In this document: positions 36,823 to 47,100 of the stretch, one piece after another
How the letters are laid out: every line of letters begins with the position of its first letter
How positions within the stretch are numbered: the first letter of the stretch is position 1
NCBI GenBank assembly: GCA_019638515.1
Contig: JAHBTS010000002.1
Location: forward strand, 87,395 to 151,394
From: Chitinophagales bacterium
GTDB taxonomy: Bacteria; Bacteroidota; Bacteroidia; Chitinophagales; LD1
Length of the DNA: 64,000 bases
Direction of reading: 5' to 3'
Notes under the pieces: model-generated
Told to the model about the DNA's origin: nothing
The model's input: only the letters and a program-made list of their open reading frames with translations
Database searches by the model: none
Program-made: the position numbers and the translations under genes

Positions 36823-37496
36823 AATTGAAACAATTTTTTTGCAGGAGGTTGCCTGAAACTTAATTGAAAAGAAAAACCAAACGAAGCGGTACTATTTGAA
36901 AGTGAAGGCGCCACAGGATATAAATCCAACGCCAGTTTATCATCAACATTCCAATGGAAAAGATGGGCATCTACAGCAGCATCCACAATATTTAAAGCAT
37001 ACCACACCACTGTAATAATTGCCATAATATCTAAATTGCGCTTATGGTAATCGCGATAGCTTTTTAGCTCAAGCGCATTTGTAACGCCCTTGTAACTTCC
37101 AATGGTAGAGCTGTCGCCATCTACTTGTATGCGATAGGCATTTCTATAGCCCGTAAAATTACTTCCAAAGTGATATAATCCATATCCCAAACCTGCAAAA
37201 CCTGCATACACAATTGGTATCTTCCACCAGCGTTTATTGTATGCTTGACCTAAACCGGGCAATACAGCGCTCATCCATGCTGCTTTTTTAGCACTATGCC
37301 TTTTTTCTATTTTCTTTTTAAATGGAACAGAATCTACAGCCACTACCGATGAATCTATTACAATGCCGGACGGCTTTACACTATCGGTTGAAAGTGTAGC
37401 AGCAGATAGGGGAGAAGCGGTGGTAGTATCTTGCGCCCTCGCATCTGCCACTAAGGCTAAAAGAAATATCGCAACAAGAAAAAAAGTAATCCGCAC
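36819..37496 (-). CDS. DUF5683 domain-containing protein
   Basis: GTG start and signal peptide. SAVLPGLGQAYNKRWWKIPIVYAG segment typical of DUF5683. The stop overlaps the start of the SDR gene. Confidence 0.65.
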   Translation of the reverse strand: MRITFFLVAIFLLALVADARAQDTTTASPLSAATLSTDSVKPSGIVIDSSVVAVDSVPFKKKIEKRHSAKKAAWMSAVLPGLGQAYNKRWWKIPIVYAGFAGLGYGLYHFGSNFTGYRNAYRIQVDGDSSTIGSYKGVTNALELKSYRDYHKRNLDIMAIITVVWYALNIVDAAVDAHLFHWNVDDKLALDLYPVAPSLSNSTASFGFSFQLSFRQPPAKKLFQL

Positions 37497-37534
37497 CGTA
37501 AAATTAGATATGTAACAATAAACAATCTATCAAA

Positions 37535-38428
37535 CTATTTCTTCCATCTTTTACTTACTATCAAATCTTTACTTCCGGCAGTGTATTGATAAAAGCCTTC
37601 ACCCGATTTTGCCCCAAGATAACCTGCAGTAACCATATTCACTAAAAGCGGGCAAGGTGCATATTTAGGATTTCCCAAACCTTCGTGTAAAACACGCAAT
37701 ATGGCAAGGCACACATCTAAACCAATAAAATCTGCTAACTGAAGCGGCCCCATTGGATGCGCCATGCCAAGTTTCATTACTGTGTCTATTTCTTCTACAC
37801 CTGCTACTCCTTCAAATAAAGTATAAATAGCTTCGTTTATCATAGGCATTAAAATCCTATTGGCCACAAAGCCGGGATAGTCGTTTACTTCTACCGGAAT
37901 TTTCGATAGCTGTTTAGAAGTATCCATTACCAATTGAGTGGTTTCATTACTAGTGGCATATCCTCTAATTACTTCAACTAATTTCATTACCGGAACGGGA
38001 TTCATAAAGTGCATGCCAATTACCTTATCGGCTCGCTTAGTTGCCGCTGCAATTCTGGTAATAGAAATTGAAGATGTGTTACTGGCAAGAATAGTATCGG
38101 GAGCACAAAAGGCATCTAGCTGTGCAAATATTTTCAACTTCAAATCAATGTTTTCTGTTGCAGCCTCTACTACTAACTGGCTGTTCTTTACTCCGCTTTC
38201 TAAGTTAGTTTCAAAAGTTAAATTGGTAAGTGTTGCACTTTTTTGAACATCGGTAAGGCTGCCTTTTGCAACCATGCGCTCTAAATTCTTTTCGATGGTG
38301 AGCTTGGCTTTCTCTAAAGATTTTTCCGATATGTCAATTACAGTAGTTTTAAAACCATTCATGGCAAAAACGTGTGCTATTCCATTTCCCATGGTACCTG
38401 CACCTATTACACTTACTTGTTTTATCAT
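37535..38428 (-). CDS. hbd: 3-hydroxybutyryl-CoA dehydrogenase
   Basis: VSVIGAGTMGNGIA NAD-binding motif and a 3HCDH C-terminal domain. ATG 38428 (MIKQVSV) is preferred over the tracked start at 38452. Confidence 0.85.
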   Translation of the reverse strand: MIKQVSVIGAGTMGNGIAHVFAMNGFKTTVIDISEKSLEKAKLTIEKNLERMVAKGSLTDVQKSATLTNLTFETNLESGVKNSQLVVEAATENIDLKLKIFAQLDAFCAPDTILASNTSSISITRIAAATKRADKVIGMHFMNPVPVMKLVEVIRGYATSNETTQLVMDTSKQLSKIPVEVNDYPGFVANRILMPMINEAIYTLFEGVAGVEEIDTVMKLGMAHPMGPLQLADFIGLDVCLAILRVLHEGLGNPKYAPCPLLVNMVTAGYLGAKSGEGFYQYTAGSKDLIVSKRWKK

Positions 38429-38510
38429 ATCGCAAAACAAGAAATTTAGCATGGAAATGCAATAGCAACTTTACACCATGCGTTAGCAAAAGGAGTGTAG
38501 TAATATCTAT

Positions 38511-39347
38511 TTAGCTTACTGCTTTTTTTACCCAGCTTTTCTTTTTAAACATGTTCACTTTCATCCTTAAAAAGAAGTTGGGCGCCAAGCGCTTCAGCCA
38601 GTTTATGCCAACTGCCTGAAATGGGTGAAAGATGTAAAATTTGCCTTTTCCACTTTGCACCAGTATTTTTTCTGCCACCAATTCCGGACCAATGGCAATT
38701 TTCTCTGACTTTACTTTTCCAATAGAAGTGGCATGTTCCGGACCGCGATTGTGCTGCATAATATTGCTTTTGAAAAAAGTTGGCAATACCACGCTCACGC
38801 CAACTTTCCATGGTGCCAGTTCTACATAAAGCGATTCTGCATGTGCAATAACTGCAGCCTTGGTAATGTTATACATACTCATGTTGGGCATATTGGCTAT
38901 TCCTGCCATACTTGCAACATTAATAATATGGCCACTTTTTTGCTTCTTCATGATGGGTACAAAAAAATAGGAACCGTAAATTACACTCATTTGGTTGATG
39001 CCTGTAATCCAATCCCAATTTTCTAAACTGTATTCTTCAAACAAGCCGCCATCGCCAACGGCTGCATTGTTCACTAATAAATCTATGCCTTTGTTTTGCT
39101 CTAAAAACTGCTGTGCAGCCTGTTGGTAGGCATCTTTTTTTGAAACATCAAATACGTATGAATATGCCTTGCCGCCTGCTTGTTCAATTTCTTCGGCAGT
39201 CTTTTGCAATGCTTGTGGATTTATATCGGTAATACCGATATGCCAACCATCTTTTGCCAGTAAAAGTGCCATTGCTTTACCCAGGCCAGAGGCCGCACCT
39301 GTAATAAACGCTCGTTTGTTGGGGAATTTATTAGATAGTTGATACAT
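38511..39347 (-). CDS. short-chain dehydrogenase/reductase (SDR)
   Basis: TGAASGLG, NNAA, and YNITKAAV (YxxxK) motifs. Confidence 0.8.
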   Translation of the reverse strand: MYQLSNKFPNKRAFITGAASGLGKAMALLLAKDGWHIGITDINPQALQKTAEEIEQAGGKAYSYVFDVSKKDAYQQAAQQFLEQNKGIDLLVNNAAVGDGGLFEEYSLENWDWITGINQMSVIYGSYFFVPIMKKQKSGHIINVASMAGIANMPNMSMYNITKAAVIAHAESLYVELAPWKVGVSVVLPTFFKSNIMQHNRGPEHATSIGKVKSEKIAIGPELVAEKILVQSGKGKFYIFHPFQAVGINWLKRLAPNFFLRMKVNMFKKKSWVKKAVS

Positions 39348-39361
39348 AATTACTGTTGTGT

Positions 39362-39826
39362 TTAGCGTTTACTTTTCTTCTTAAAGCAGTTTTTGAAATC
39401 TTCGGGGTCTTTAGGTAAGAACTTCTTTTTTACAACCTGTGCCGCGGCTTGAATATCGGCACATGGATTCCCAACTTTAAAGAAATGCTTGGTAAAACCT
39501 CTATTCCAAAGTGCAAAGCCATCATTGGGGTATAGTCGCAAATAGTTATCCCACGCTTCTAAACTGCGGTTGATGTAATTTTTATCGTTGTTGGCAATTA
39601 CAAAGTAGGTTAAACCTAACTCCCAAAGTGCCGCTTGGTCGGTTGGGTTGGCCTTTAGTTTATCTTCCAAAGCCTTGTAATTTAATAATGCATTTGCAAA
39701 GTTATGAGCAGCAAGATACCCCATAGAAAGCATTTCGCCCTTTGGTGCTGGTTTATCTTTGGCAACGGCAGCAGTAGAAAAAACAATGCTAAAGAGTAGC
39801 ATTAAAATGGTTGTTCTAAACTTCAT
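39362..39826 (-). CDS. hypothetical secreted protein, possibly TPR-like
   Basis: 154 aa with a signal peptide. Helical-repeat-like composition (ALWELGLTYF, YLRLYPNDGFALWNRG). Basic C-terminal tail. Confidence 0.5.
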   Translation of the reverse strand: MKFRTTILMLLFSIVFSTAAVAKDKPAPKGEMLSMGYLAAHNFANALLNYKALEDKLKANPTDQAALWELGLTYFVIANNDKNYINRSLEAWDNYLRLYPNDGFALWNRGFTKHFFKVGNPCADIQAAAQVVKKKFLPKDPEDFKNCFKKKSKR

Positions 39827-39926
39827 GATGTGTAAATAAAATGGAATTGAAAGTACAATGTTAGCAAAGGCAATAAAATTTCTCCATAATCGCTAAATAT
39901 ACACTTTAAAAATACGGCATTAAGAA

Positions 39927-42461
39927 GTGAAATTGTTTTTGAAACGATTAGTAATAACCCTGCTTTCAATAGTAGTTATTGTGCCGCTGTTGGCAATAAC
40001 TACCGCATTGCTGCTCGAAGAAAGCATTAAGCGCCAAATAATTGTAGAAGTAAATAAACAATTAGATGTTCCGGTAAAAGTAGCCGGCAATATCAACTTT
40101 ACACTGTTGAAGTATTTTCCAAATGCAGGATTGGAATTTAAACAAGTAAGCATTGAAAACAAACTAAAAACCGGAGGAAAGCAACTTGCAGAGCTACAAG
40201 AGTTTTCACTTCTGTTTAGCTTAAGCGATATTGTAAACAAAAAATTCACCATTCACAGTATTGTACTGAAAAATGGCTCACTCAATATTGTGGTTGATAA
40301 AACAGGGAAATCCAATTTAGATATTCTAAAACCTGCAAAACCACAGGAGCAATCGGGCACTACTTTGCAGGTAAGCCAAATTACACTTGCCAACCTAAAA
40401 CTTAACTACAACGATTTTAAAAATAACTTTAAGGTAAATTCGAGAGTGCGCAAGGTGGAACTCGATGGTAACTTTGCGGCAGCAGATTTTAAGCTAAAAG
40501 GTAAAGGCGGCTTCTTTATCGAGCAAATTGCCACTTCCGAAAACATATTTGCAGCAAACAAACAAATAGATGCATCTATTTTATTGAATATCAAACAGTC
40601 ATGGAAAGAAATCTACATAGAAGACGGCACGCTTTCCATCGAAAAAAATCCATTTAAACTCAATGGAAATTTCAAGTTTCATAAAGACAAAACAACCATT
40701 GCATTTGGCGCAAGCGCAGCAGGAAACAATATTGCAGATTTAATTGCGCTGCTGCCACCCAACTTGCGCAAAACTTTGGAAGCCGTAAAAGGCAATGGAG
40801 CATTTGAAATTAATGCCACCATAAATGGAAATGTTTCACCAACCGAAACCCCTTTAATTACTGTAAAGGCAAAGTTGAATAATGGCAATATCGAGTTGCC
40901 CAAAGTAAAGAAGGAATTAAAACACGTTTTTGCAGATATTGAATACGGCAACAACCGAGGAGGAACCGACTATTTAAACATTACCGATTGCCGTTCGCAG
41001 ATAAGCAGCGAAAGCTTCCGGTTTTCTTTGTTCTTAAAAAATCTCACAGAGCCGGAATTCAATTTCGATGCCAACGGAACACTTCATCTACAAGAACTAA
41101 GCGCCTTTATCCCGGATAGCACAGCCACAGATGTAAATGGCAGTATTGTTTTTCAAAACTTTAATATCAGCGGCAATAGCAAAGACTTTGCTGATCCGGC
41201 AAAAATTATTGCAAACGGCAGCGGCATTTTCACCTTGCGCAATATTGCCTTCCAAGCTGGAGGTGTTAAATACAGCAATATAAATGGTGCCATAAACTAC
41301 CGTGCACAAAATCTTACGGTAAAAAATTTAAGTGTAAAATTCTTAAATACCGAAGCAGAATTTAATGGCATTATTTCAGACCTAGCACCATTTACAACAG
41401 CCTTGGCACAGCGAAAACCCATGAATAACATTGTTTTGAATACCGATGGGGAATTGAAAATCAACAAATTAGACTTATCTAATTTAATTGAAACTTTTAG
41501 TAAATCTGAAGCCAAAAGTAACAAAGAGAAACTAGACGTAAAGAATGTATTCAGAATGAACGGCAATCTCTCCCTTGCTATCCAACAGTTCGTTTACAAC
41601 AAAATGGAGTTTAATGATGTAAAAATCTCGCTCACCCTATCGCCCTTGCATTTGCGCCTCAACCATTTTTCTACCCAAGCAATGGGAGGGAAAGCAAGCG
41701 GAAACGGCTACTTTGTTTTTGTAGGCGAAAAGGATTTACTCATGAACTTTGGAGCAGAGGTGAATGACATTGATATTACAAAAGTATTTTCCGAAACTCA
41801 AAATTTTGGCCAAGCCACTTTAACAGATAGGCACATAAGCGGCATTGCCAATGCCAAAGTTTACCTTAAAAACACCTGGAAAAACTACGAAAAAATTGAT
41901 GAAGATAACCTGAATGCTATTGTTGATTTTGAAATTAAAAATGGTCGGCTCAAAGAATTTGAGCCTATAAAAGCCGCTTCGAAATTTATTAAAGTAGAAG
42001 AACTTTCAGACATAAAATTTTCAGATATAAGAAACAGAATATCAATATATAACAAAACCATATTTATACCATCATTTGAAATAAAAACCAATGCAATAAA
42101 TTTAGTATTTTCAGGACAACACCATTTTGACAACACCGTAGATTATCGTTTCAAAGTAAATTTAAGACGCCTTTTAGCCAATAAATTTAACCGAGCAGGC
42201 CGCGAACAGTTTATAGAAAACGATCCTTACGATGGATTAAACATGTATCTCAGCATGACCGGAAATCTTTCTAACCCATCTATTAAATACGATAAAGCCT
42301 CAGCAGCCGTTAAAATGAAAGAAGATTGGAAAAACGAAAAAGAAGTCTTGAAAAACCTATTTAATAAAGAGAAAAATTCAAAAGGGGAGAAGCGTGAAGA
42401 AAAATACTTCCAAATAGACGAGCAACCTGTTTTTATGGATTTTGAAGATGAAAAGCCTTAA
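39927..42461 (+). CDS. AsmA family protein
   Basis: GTG start. 844 aa with an N-terminal TM anchor followed by a long beta-rich region. The length and composition match AsmA-like proteins. Confidence 0.7.
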   Translation: MKLFLKRLVITLLSIVVIVPLLAITTALLLEESIKRQIIVEVNKQLDVPVKVAGNINFTLLKYFPNAGLEFKQVSIENKLKTGGKQLAELQEFSLLFSLSDIVNKKFTIHSIVLKNGSLNIVVDKTGKSNLDILKPAKPQEQSGTTLQVSQITLANLKLNYNDFKNNFKVNSRVRKVELDGNFAAADFKLKGKGGFFIEQIATSENIFAANKQIDASILLNIKQSWKEIYIEDGTLSIEKNPFKLNGNFKFHKDKTTIAFGASAAGNNIADLIALLPPNLRKTLEAVKGNGAFEINATINGNVSPTETPLITVKAKLNNGNIELPKVKKELKHVFADIEYGNNRGGTDYLNITDCRSQISSESFRFSLFLKNLTEPEFNFDANGTLHLQELSAFIPDSTATDVNGSIVFQNFNISGNSKDFADPAKIIANGSGIFTLRNIAFQAGGVKYSNINGAINYRAQNLTVKNLSVKFLNTEAEFNGIISDLAPFTTALAQRKPMNNIVLNTDGELKINKLDLSNLIETFSKSEAKSNKEKLDVKNVFRMNGNLSLAIQQFVYNKMEFNDVKISLTLSPLHLRLNHFSTQAMGGKASGNGYFVFVGEKDLLMNFGAEVNDIDITKVFSETQNFGQATLTDRHISGIANAKVYLKNTWKNYEKIDEDNLNAIVDFEIKNGRLKEFEPIKAASKFIKVEELSDIKFSDIRNRISIYNKTIFIPSFEIKTNAINLVFSGQHHFDNTVDYRFKVNLRRLLANKFNRAGREQFIENDPYDGLNMYLSMTGNLSNPSIKYDKASAAVKMKEDWKNEKEVLKNLFNKEKNSKGEKREEKYFQIDEQPVFMDFEDEKP

Positions 42462-42468
42462 CTAAGCA

Positions 42469-43989
42469 ATGGATATCTACTCGAAAAAAAGCAACTATAA
42501 ACTTATAATATTCCTAACTGCCATTTTAATTGGTATGGGAACGGTAGTTTATACCAATTATCTTGCAAACAGTATTTCAAAAAACGAAAAGCGCAAAGCA
42601 AAACTTTGGGCAGATGCCATTGAGAAGCGCGCACACATGCTCAATTACACCTACGAGTTATTCAACAAACTGGCAACCGATGAACGCGAAAAAGTGAATA
42701 TATGGGCACAAAGCACCAAGTTTATTTTAACTGTTGAAGACAATGAATTGCTTACCTTTTTCAATGAAATTGTAACCTCAAACGACAATATTCCAGTTCT
42801 CTTGGTAAACGAAGAAGGCACCATACTCTCGGCACGAAACACCGAAAGCAAATTCGATAAACCGGGTAAAAAAATGACCATCGCAGAATTGCGTGAATTT
42901 TCCGGCTATCCGCCCATTATTGTTCAATATAAAAACCTGCCCGGATTTGGTAGAAATTACATTTACTATCAAGATAGCAAGTTGTTTCAAAATCTAAAAA
43001 TAACTTTAAATGAGCTTGTAGAAAAGTTTATTTATGAAGTAGTTATGAATACAACAAGCTCTCCGGTTATTTTACTGGATGAGCATTCGCAACTGCTGGC
43101 ATTTAGCAATATAGACTCTTCTGAAGTAGCCGACAGCATACTGCTTCATACCAAAGTGCAAAATATGGCAGCTAAGTACGAACCAATTTTACTTTCATTG
43201 GGCAACACCGATAAAAGATTCATTTACTACGATGAATCACTGCTTATTAAGCAATTGCGCTGGTTTCCTGCTGTGCAGCTGGCTATTTTTGCGGCATTCA
43301 TTTTGCTTTCATACTTGGTATTTAGCAATTCGCGAAAAGCTGAGCAAAACTTGGTATGGGTGGGCATGGCTAAGGAAACCGCACATCAATTAGGAACACC
43401 CATTTCTTCTCTAAGTTCTTGGGTTGAATACATCAGAGAAATGGAACTATTGAAAAACAATGATGTTTTAGTTGAAATCGAACACGATATTCAGCGATTG
43501 ACTTTGGTGGCAGAGCGCTTTTCTAAAATTGGCGCACAGCCTAAGTTAGATGCTACAGATTTGGTTTCATTTATTGAAAATTATACGGAATATTTCAAAA
43601 AACGTATCAGCACTAAGGTAAGCATTAGTGTTTCACAAAAGCATTCCGGCACTATAACTGCTATGCTCAATAGTGATTTATTTGGCTGGGTGTTAGAGAA
43701 TCTTCTAAAAAATGCCATAGACGCCATGGGTGGCGAAGGGAAAATTTCTATTCTTATTTTCTCGCAAGCCAATAATGCAGTTATTGACATTTCCGATACC
43801 GGAGCCGGAATCCCCAAAGGTCAATGGGAAAAAATTTTCGAGCCGGGATTCAGCACCAAGCGCAGAGGTTGGGGTTTAGGACTATCGCTTACAAAAAGAA
43901 TTGTGGAAGATTATCACAGTGGCAAGATTATGGTAAAGCGCAGCGAAGTTGGCGTTGGAACTACATTTCGGGTATTCCTAAAGAGTTAA
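42469..43989 (+). CDS. sensor histidine kinase
   Basis: Two TM helices flank a ~240-aa periplasmic region. H-box ETAHQLGTPISSL, N-box LLKNAIDA, G-boxes DTGAGIP and GWGLGLS. No response regulator is adjacent. Confidence 0.85.
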   Translation: MDIYSKKSNYKLIIFLTAILIGMGTVVYTNYLANSISKNEKRKAKLWADAIEKRAHMLNYTYELFNKLATDEREKVNIWAQSTKFILTVEDNELLTFFNEIVTSNDNIPVLLVNEEGTILSARNTESKFDKPGKKMTIAELREFSGYPPIIVQYKNLPGFGRNYIYYQDSKLFQNLKITLNELVEKFIYEVVMNTTSSPVILLDEHSQLLAFSNIDSSEVADSILLHTKVQNMAAKYEPILLSLGNTDKRFIYYDESLLIKQLRWFPAVQLAIFAAFILLSYLVFSNSRKAEQNLVWVGMAKETAHQLGTPISSLSSWVEYIREMELLKNNDVLVEIEHDIQRLTLVAERFSKIGAQPKLDATDLVSFIENYTEYFKKRISTKVSISVSQKHSGTITAMLNSDLFGWVLENLLKNAIDAMGGEGKISILIFSQANNAVIDISDTGAGIPKGQWEKIFEPGFSTKRRGWGLGLSLTKRIVEDYHSGKIMVKRSEVGVGTTFRVFLKS

Positions 43990-44028
43990 AGCTTTGCGAT
44001 ATTTTACTCTATAATTTATATTATGTTA

Positions 44029-44054
44029 AGTAGTTGTTTTTAAATTCAACTACT
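44029..44054 (+). terminator. weak hairpin downstream of the histidine kinase gene
   Basis: AGTAGTTG-tttttaaatt-CAACTACT: an 8-bp stem with no U-run. Confidence 0.3.
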
Positions 44055-44157
44055 CACACACTTTGCCAGCCAATTTATTAACAATGCTTCACGATTATTG
44101 ATTTATTTTATACTTTTCGCAACCATAAAATGTAATAAGTAATCTTTTGATTCATAC

Positions 44158-47100
44158 ATGCGAACATCTACTTGGGCACTACTACTTTTCTGCTTTACTA
44201 CATTCTTAAGCGCAACCACATTTGCGCAGCAATTTACCACAGAAGGTAAAGAGTTTTGGTTTGGCTTTATGCAAAACACTTTAGGCTCTCCTCCCGATAC
44301 ACTCATGGTTTCCATGAGTTCGCGGTTTAATGCCTCGGCTACCGTGTCAATTCCACTAAGCGGCTGGTCGCAATCCGTAACTATTCCTGCAAATACGTCT
44401 GTTACAGTTGGTATTCCAAAAGCAACAGCTATGGCTTCGGGCTGTGGTGCAATGCTGCCAATGGGTTGCCACATTCAATCTGATCAACAAATAAGTGCGT
44501 ATGCTTTAAATTTTCAAGGTTATTCTGCCGATGCCACACTCCTAATTCCTAATCCCACGCTTGGCGATAAGTATTATTTAAATACCTATAGGGAAAATTA
44601 TAGCAATTCGCGCCAAACACAAATGCTTATTGTAGCGGCCTATCCAAATACCACTATACAAATTACGCCTTCGGTTGCTACTGCGTGTGGCAATCCTGCA
44701 GGTGTGCCATTCCAAATAAATTTGAACCAAGGACAGGTTTACAACTTAGAATCGAATGATGACTTAACCGGAACTTTTGTACAATCTATTGATGTTGGAC
44801 AGGGTTGCAAAAAGTTTGTTTTGTTTTCAGGAAATTTTTGTACCGCTGTTGGCAGCCAATGCTGCTGCGACCATTTGTACGATATAAATTTCTATAACGA
44901 TTCATGGGGCAAAAACTACATACTTCCTAATTTAAGAACACGTGGACAAACACGTTTTAGAGTAGTGTCGCAGCAAAATGGAACACAAGTATCAGTAAAT
45001 GGCGGTCCTGTACAAAATATAAATGCAGGACAATACTATCAGTTTGATTTATCGGCAAATGGAAGCTTAACTTCTAATAATCCGGTTTCGGTATTGCAGT
45101 TAAGTATGAGTGGCGATGTAGATGGTTCAAGTGCCGATCCATTTATGATATTATTAGGCCCCAATGAGCAAACACTGAATGAGATAACTTTTAATACGCT
45201 TTTTAATTCAGGTAATAGCCCTAATTATTATGCCACCATTGTAACCAAATCAAATAGTACTGGGTTAATAACTTTAGATGGTGCTCCTATTACCGGTTTT
45301 GTACCTGTGGCTTCAAACCCCGCATATTCCATTGCCTCCCCAACTGTTGCTTATGGTAGCCATACCATAAAAAGCGACAGTGGATTTTTAGCTTATATTT
45401 ATGAATATGCCAGTTATGAATCGTTTGGATACTCAGCGGGAGCAAACCTTTCTAACTTATTTGCAAATTTCGAATACGCTTCTTCCCGTTTCGATTCAAT
45501 CTTTTGCCCTGGTGATACAGTGTTTTTTCAAGGTATTGGCGATCCTTCTATTTTAAGTTACGAATGGGATTTTGGCGATGGCGATACCGCTAGAACTCAA
45601 AACCCACATCACGTTTATACTGCACTAGGCGATTTTACCGTTAAAATGATTATTCAACGCCAAAACAGTTGCGATAAAGATACTATTCCGGGCAATATAA
45701 AAATTTTGGGACCTCCCATTACCGATGTGCCCGATGACTCTATTTGTATAGGTTCTTCTATTACAGTTGCTGTTACCAGCACAGATTCCATTAGGTGGAG
45801 TACGGGAGATACAGCCAAATCTATTACGTTATCGCCTACTGTAACTACTTCTTATTCTGTATATGCCAAAAATGTAGCTTGTGCCGGTATGCCCGATACC
45901 TTCACAATAAAAGTACGAGATCCCAAAGTGGATTTTACTACTTCGCCCAAGTGCTTTGGCAATCCGATTCGTTTCACGCCAAGTGCTTCAACTTCTTTAC
46001 AGTATTTTAGTTGGGATTTTGGTGATGGCAATGTAAACAGCTACACCTCTGCCATATTAAACTATACAGATCATACGTATGCTTCTGCCGGTACATTTCA
46101 AGTTACATTAGCGGTAATTGATTCCTTTGGTTGTAAAGATACTGTACGACAAAATGTATCTGTGTTTCCTCTACTAAATCAAGATTTCACGGTAAATGAT
46201 GTTTGTTTTAATGGTACTGCCAATGTAATAAATAACACCACTGTTGTTAGCGGAAGTATACAGAACCAGTGGATTTGGGGCGATGGCAGCACAAACGATA
46301 CAGCTTTTTCACCCTCACATGTGTATACAACGGTAGATACTTTTACCATTACATATATTGCTGTTACAGATAGTGGTTGCTCTGATACCCTAACGAAACA
46401 GATAATTGTGTACGATACCGCATCGGTAGATTTTACGGCAACAGATACTTGTTTTGGCAATTCAACTGTGTTTAATGTTTCCTCAAGTGCGCCTCCCGGC
46501 TCTACTCCATTTTGGGATTTTGGCGATGGTATCCAAAGTTCAGACACTTTTCCTATTCATACTTATGCAGCACCTGGAGTCTATACTGTTACTTCAATTA
46601 TTATTACTCCCCAAGGCTGTAACGATACACTTGCCCAACAGGTAGAAGTTTTTCCCAAACCACTTCCTGATTTTGTAGCAGATAGTACTTGCGATGGAGA
46701 TTCACTTACGTTCACTAATTTATCAAGTATTGCATCGGGTACTTATACCAATATGTGGGACTTGGGCGATGGCAATACATCTACCGATATATCTCCAACA
46801 CACCTATATGCAGCATATGGCAACTACACAGTTAAGTTAGTTCTTACATCCGACAAGAATTGTTTAGATTCCATCACAAAAGTAGCAACTGTAAACCCCA
46901 ACCCTACCGCAGCATTTACTATAAATGATGTTTGTAACGACAGTACCTTAGCAGCTTCCAATACTTCATCGGTGCCAAGCGGCACGCTTTCCTATAACTG
47001 GAATTGGGGCGATGGCGATACCTCTTCTATTGTTCCTGCTTCGCATAATTACAGCAGCTCCGGCACTTATACCGTTTCGGTTACAGTTACCACCAACAAA

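Noticed and set aside
39920-40252. 110-aa minus-strand ORF overlapping the start of the AsmA gene
   Set aside because: It is a shadow ORF opposite a clear signal-anchor coding region and has no motif support.
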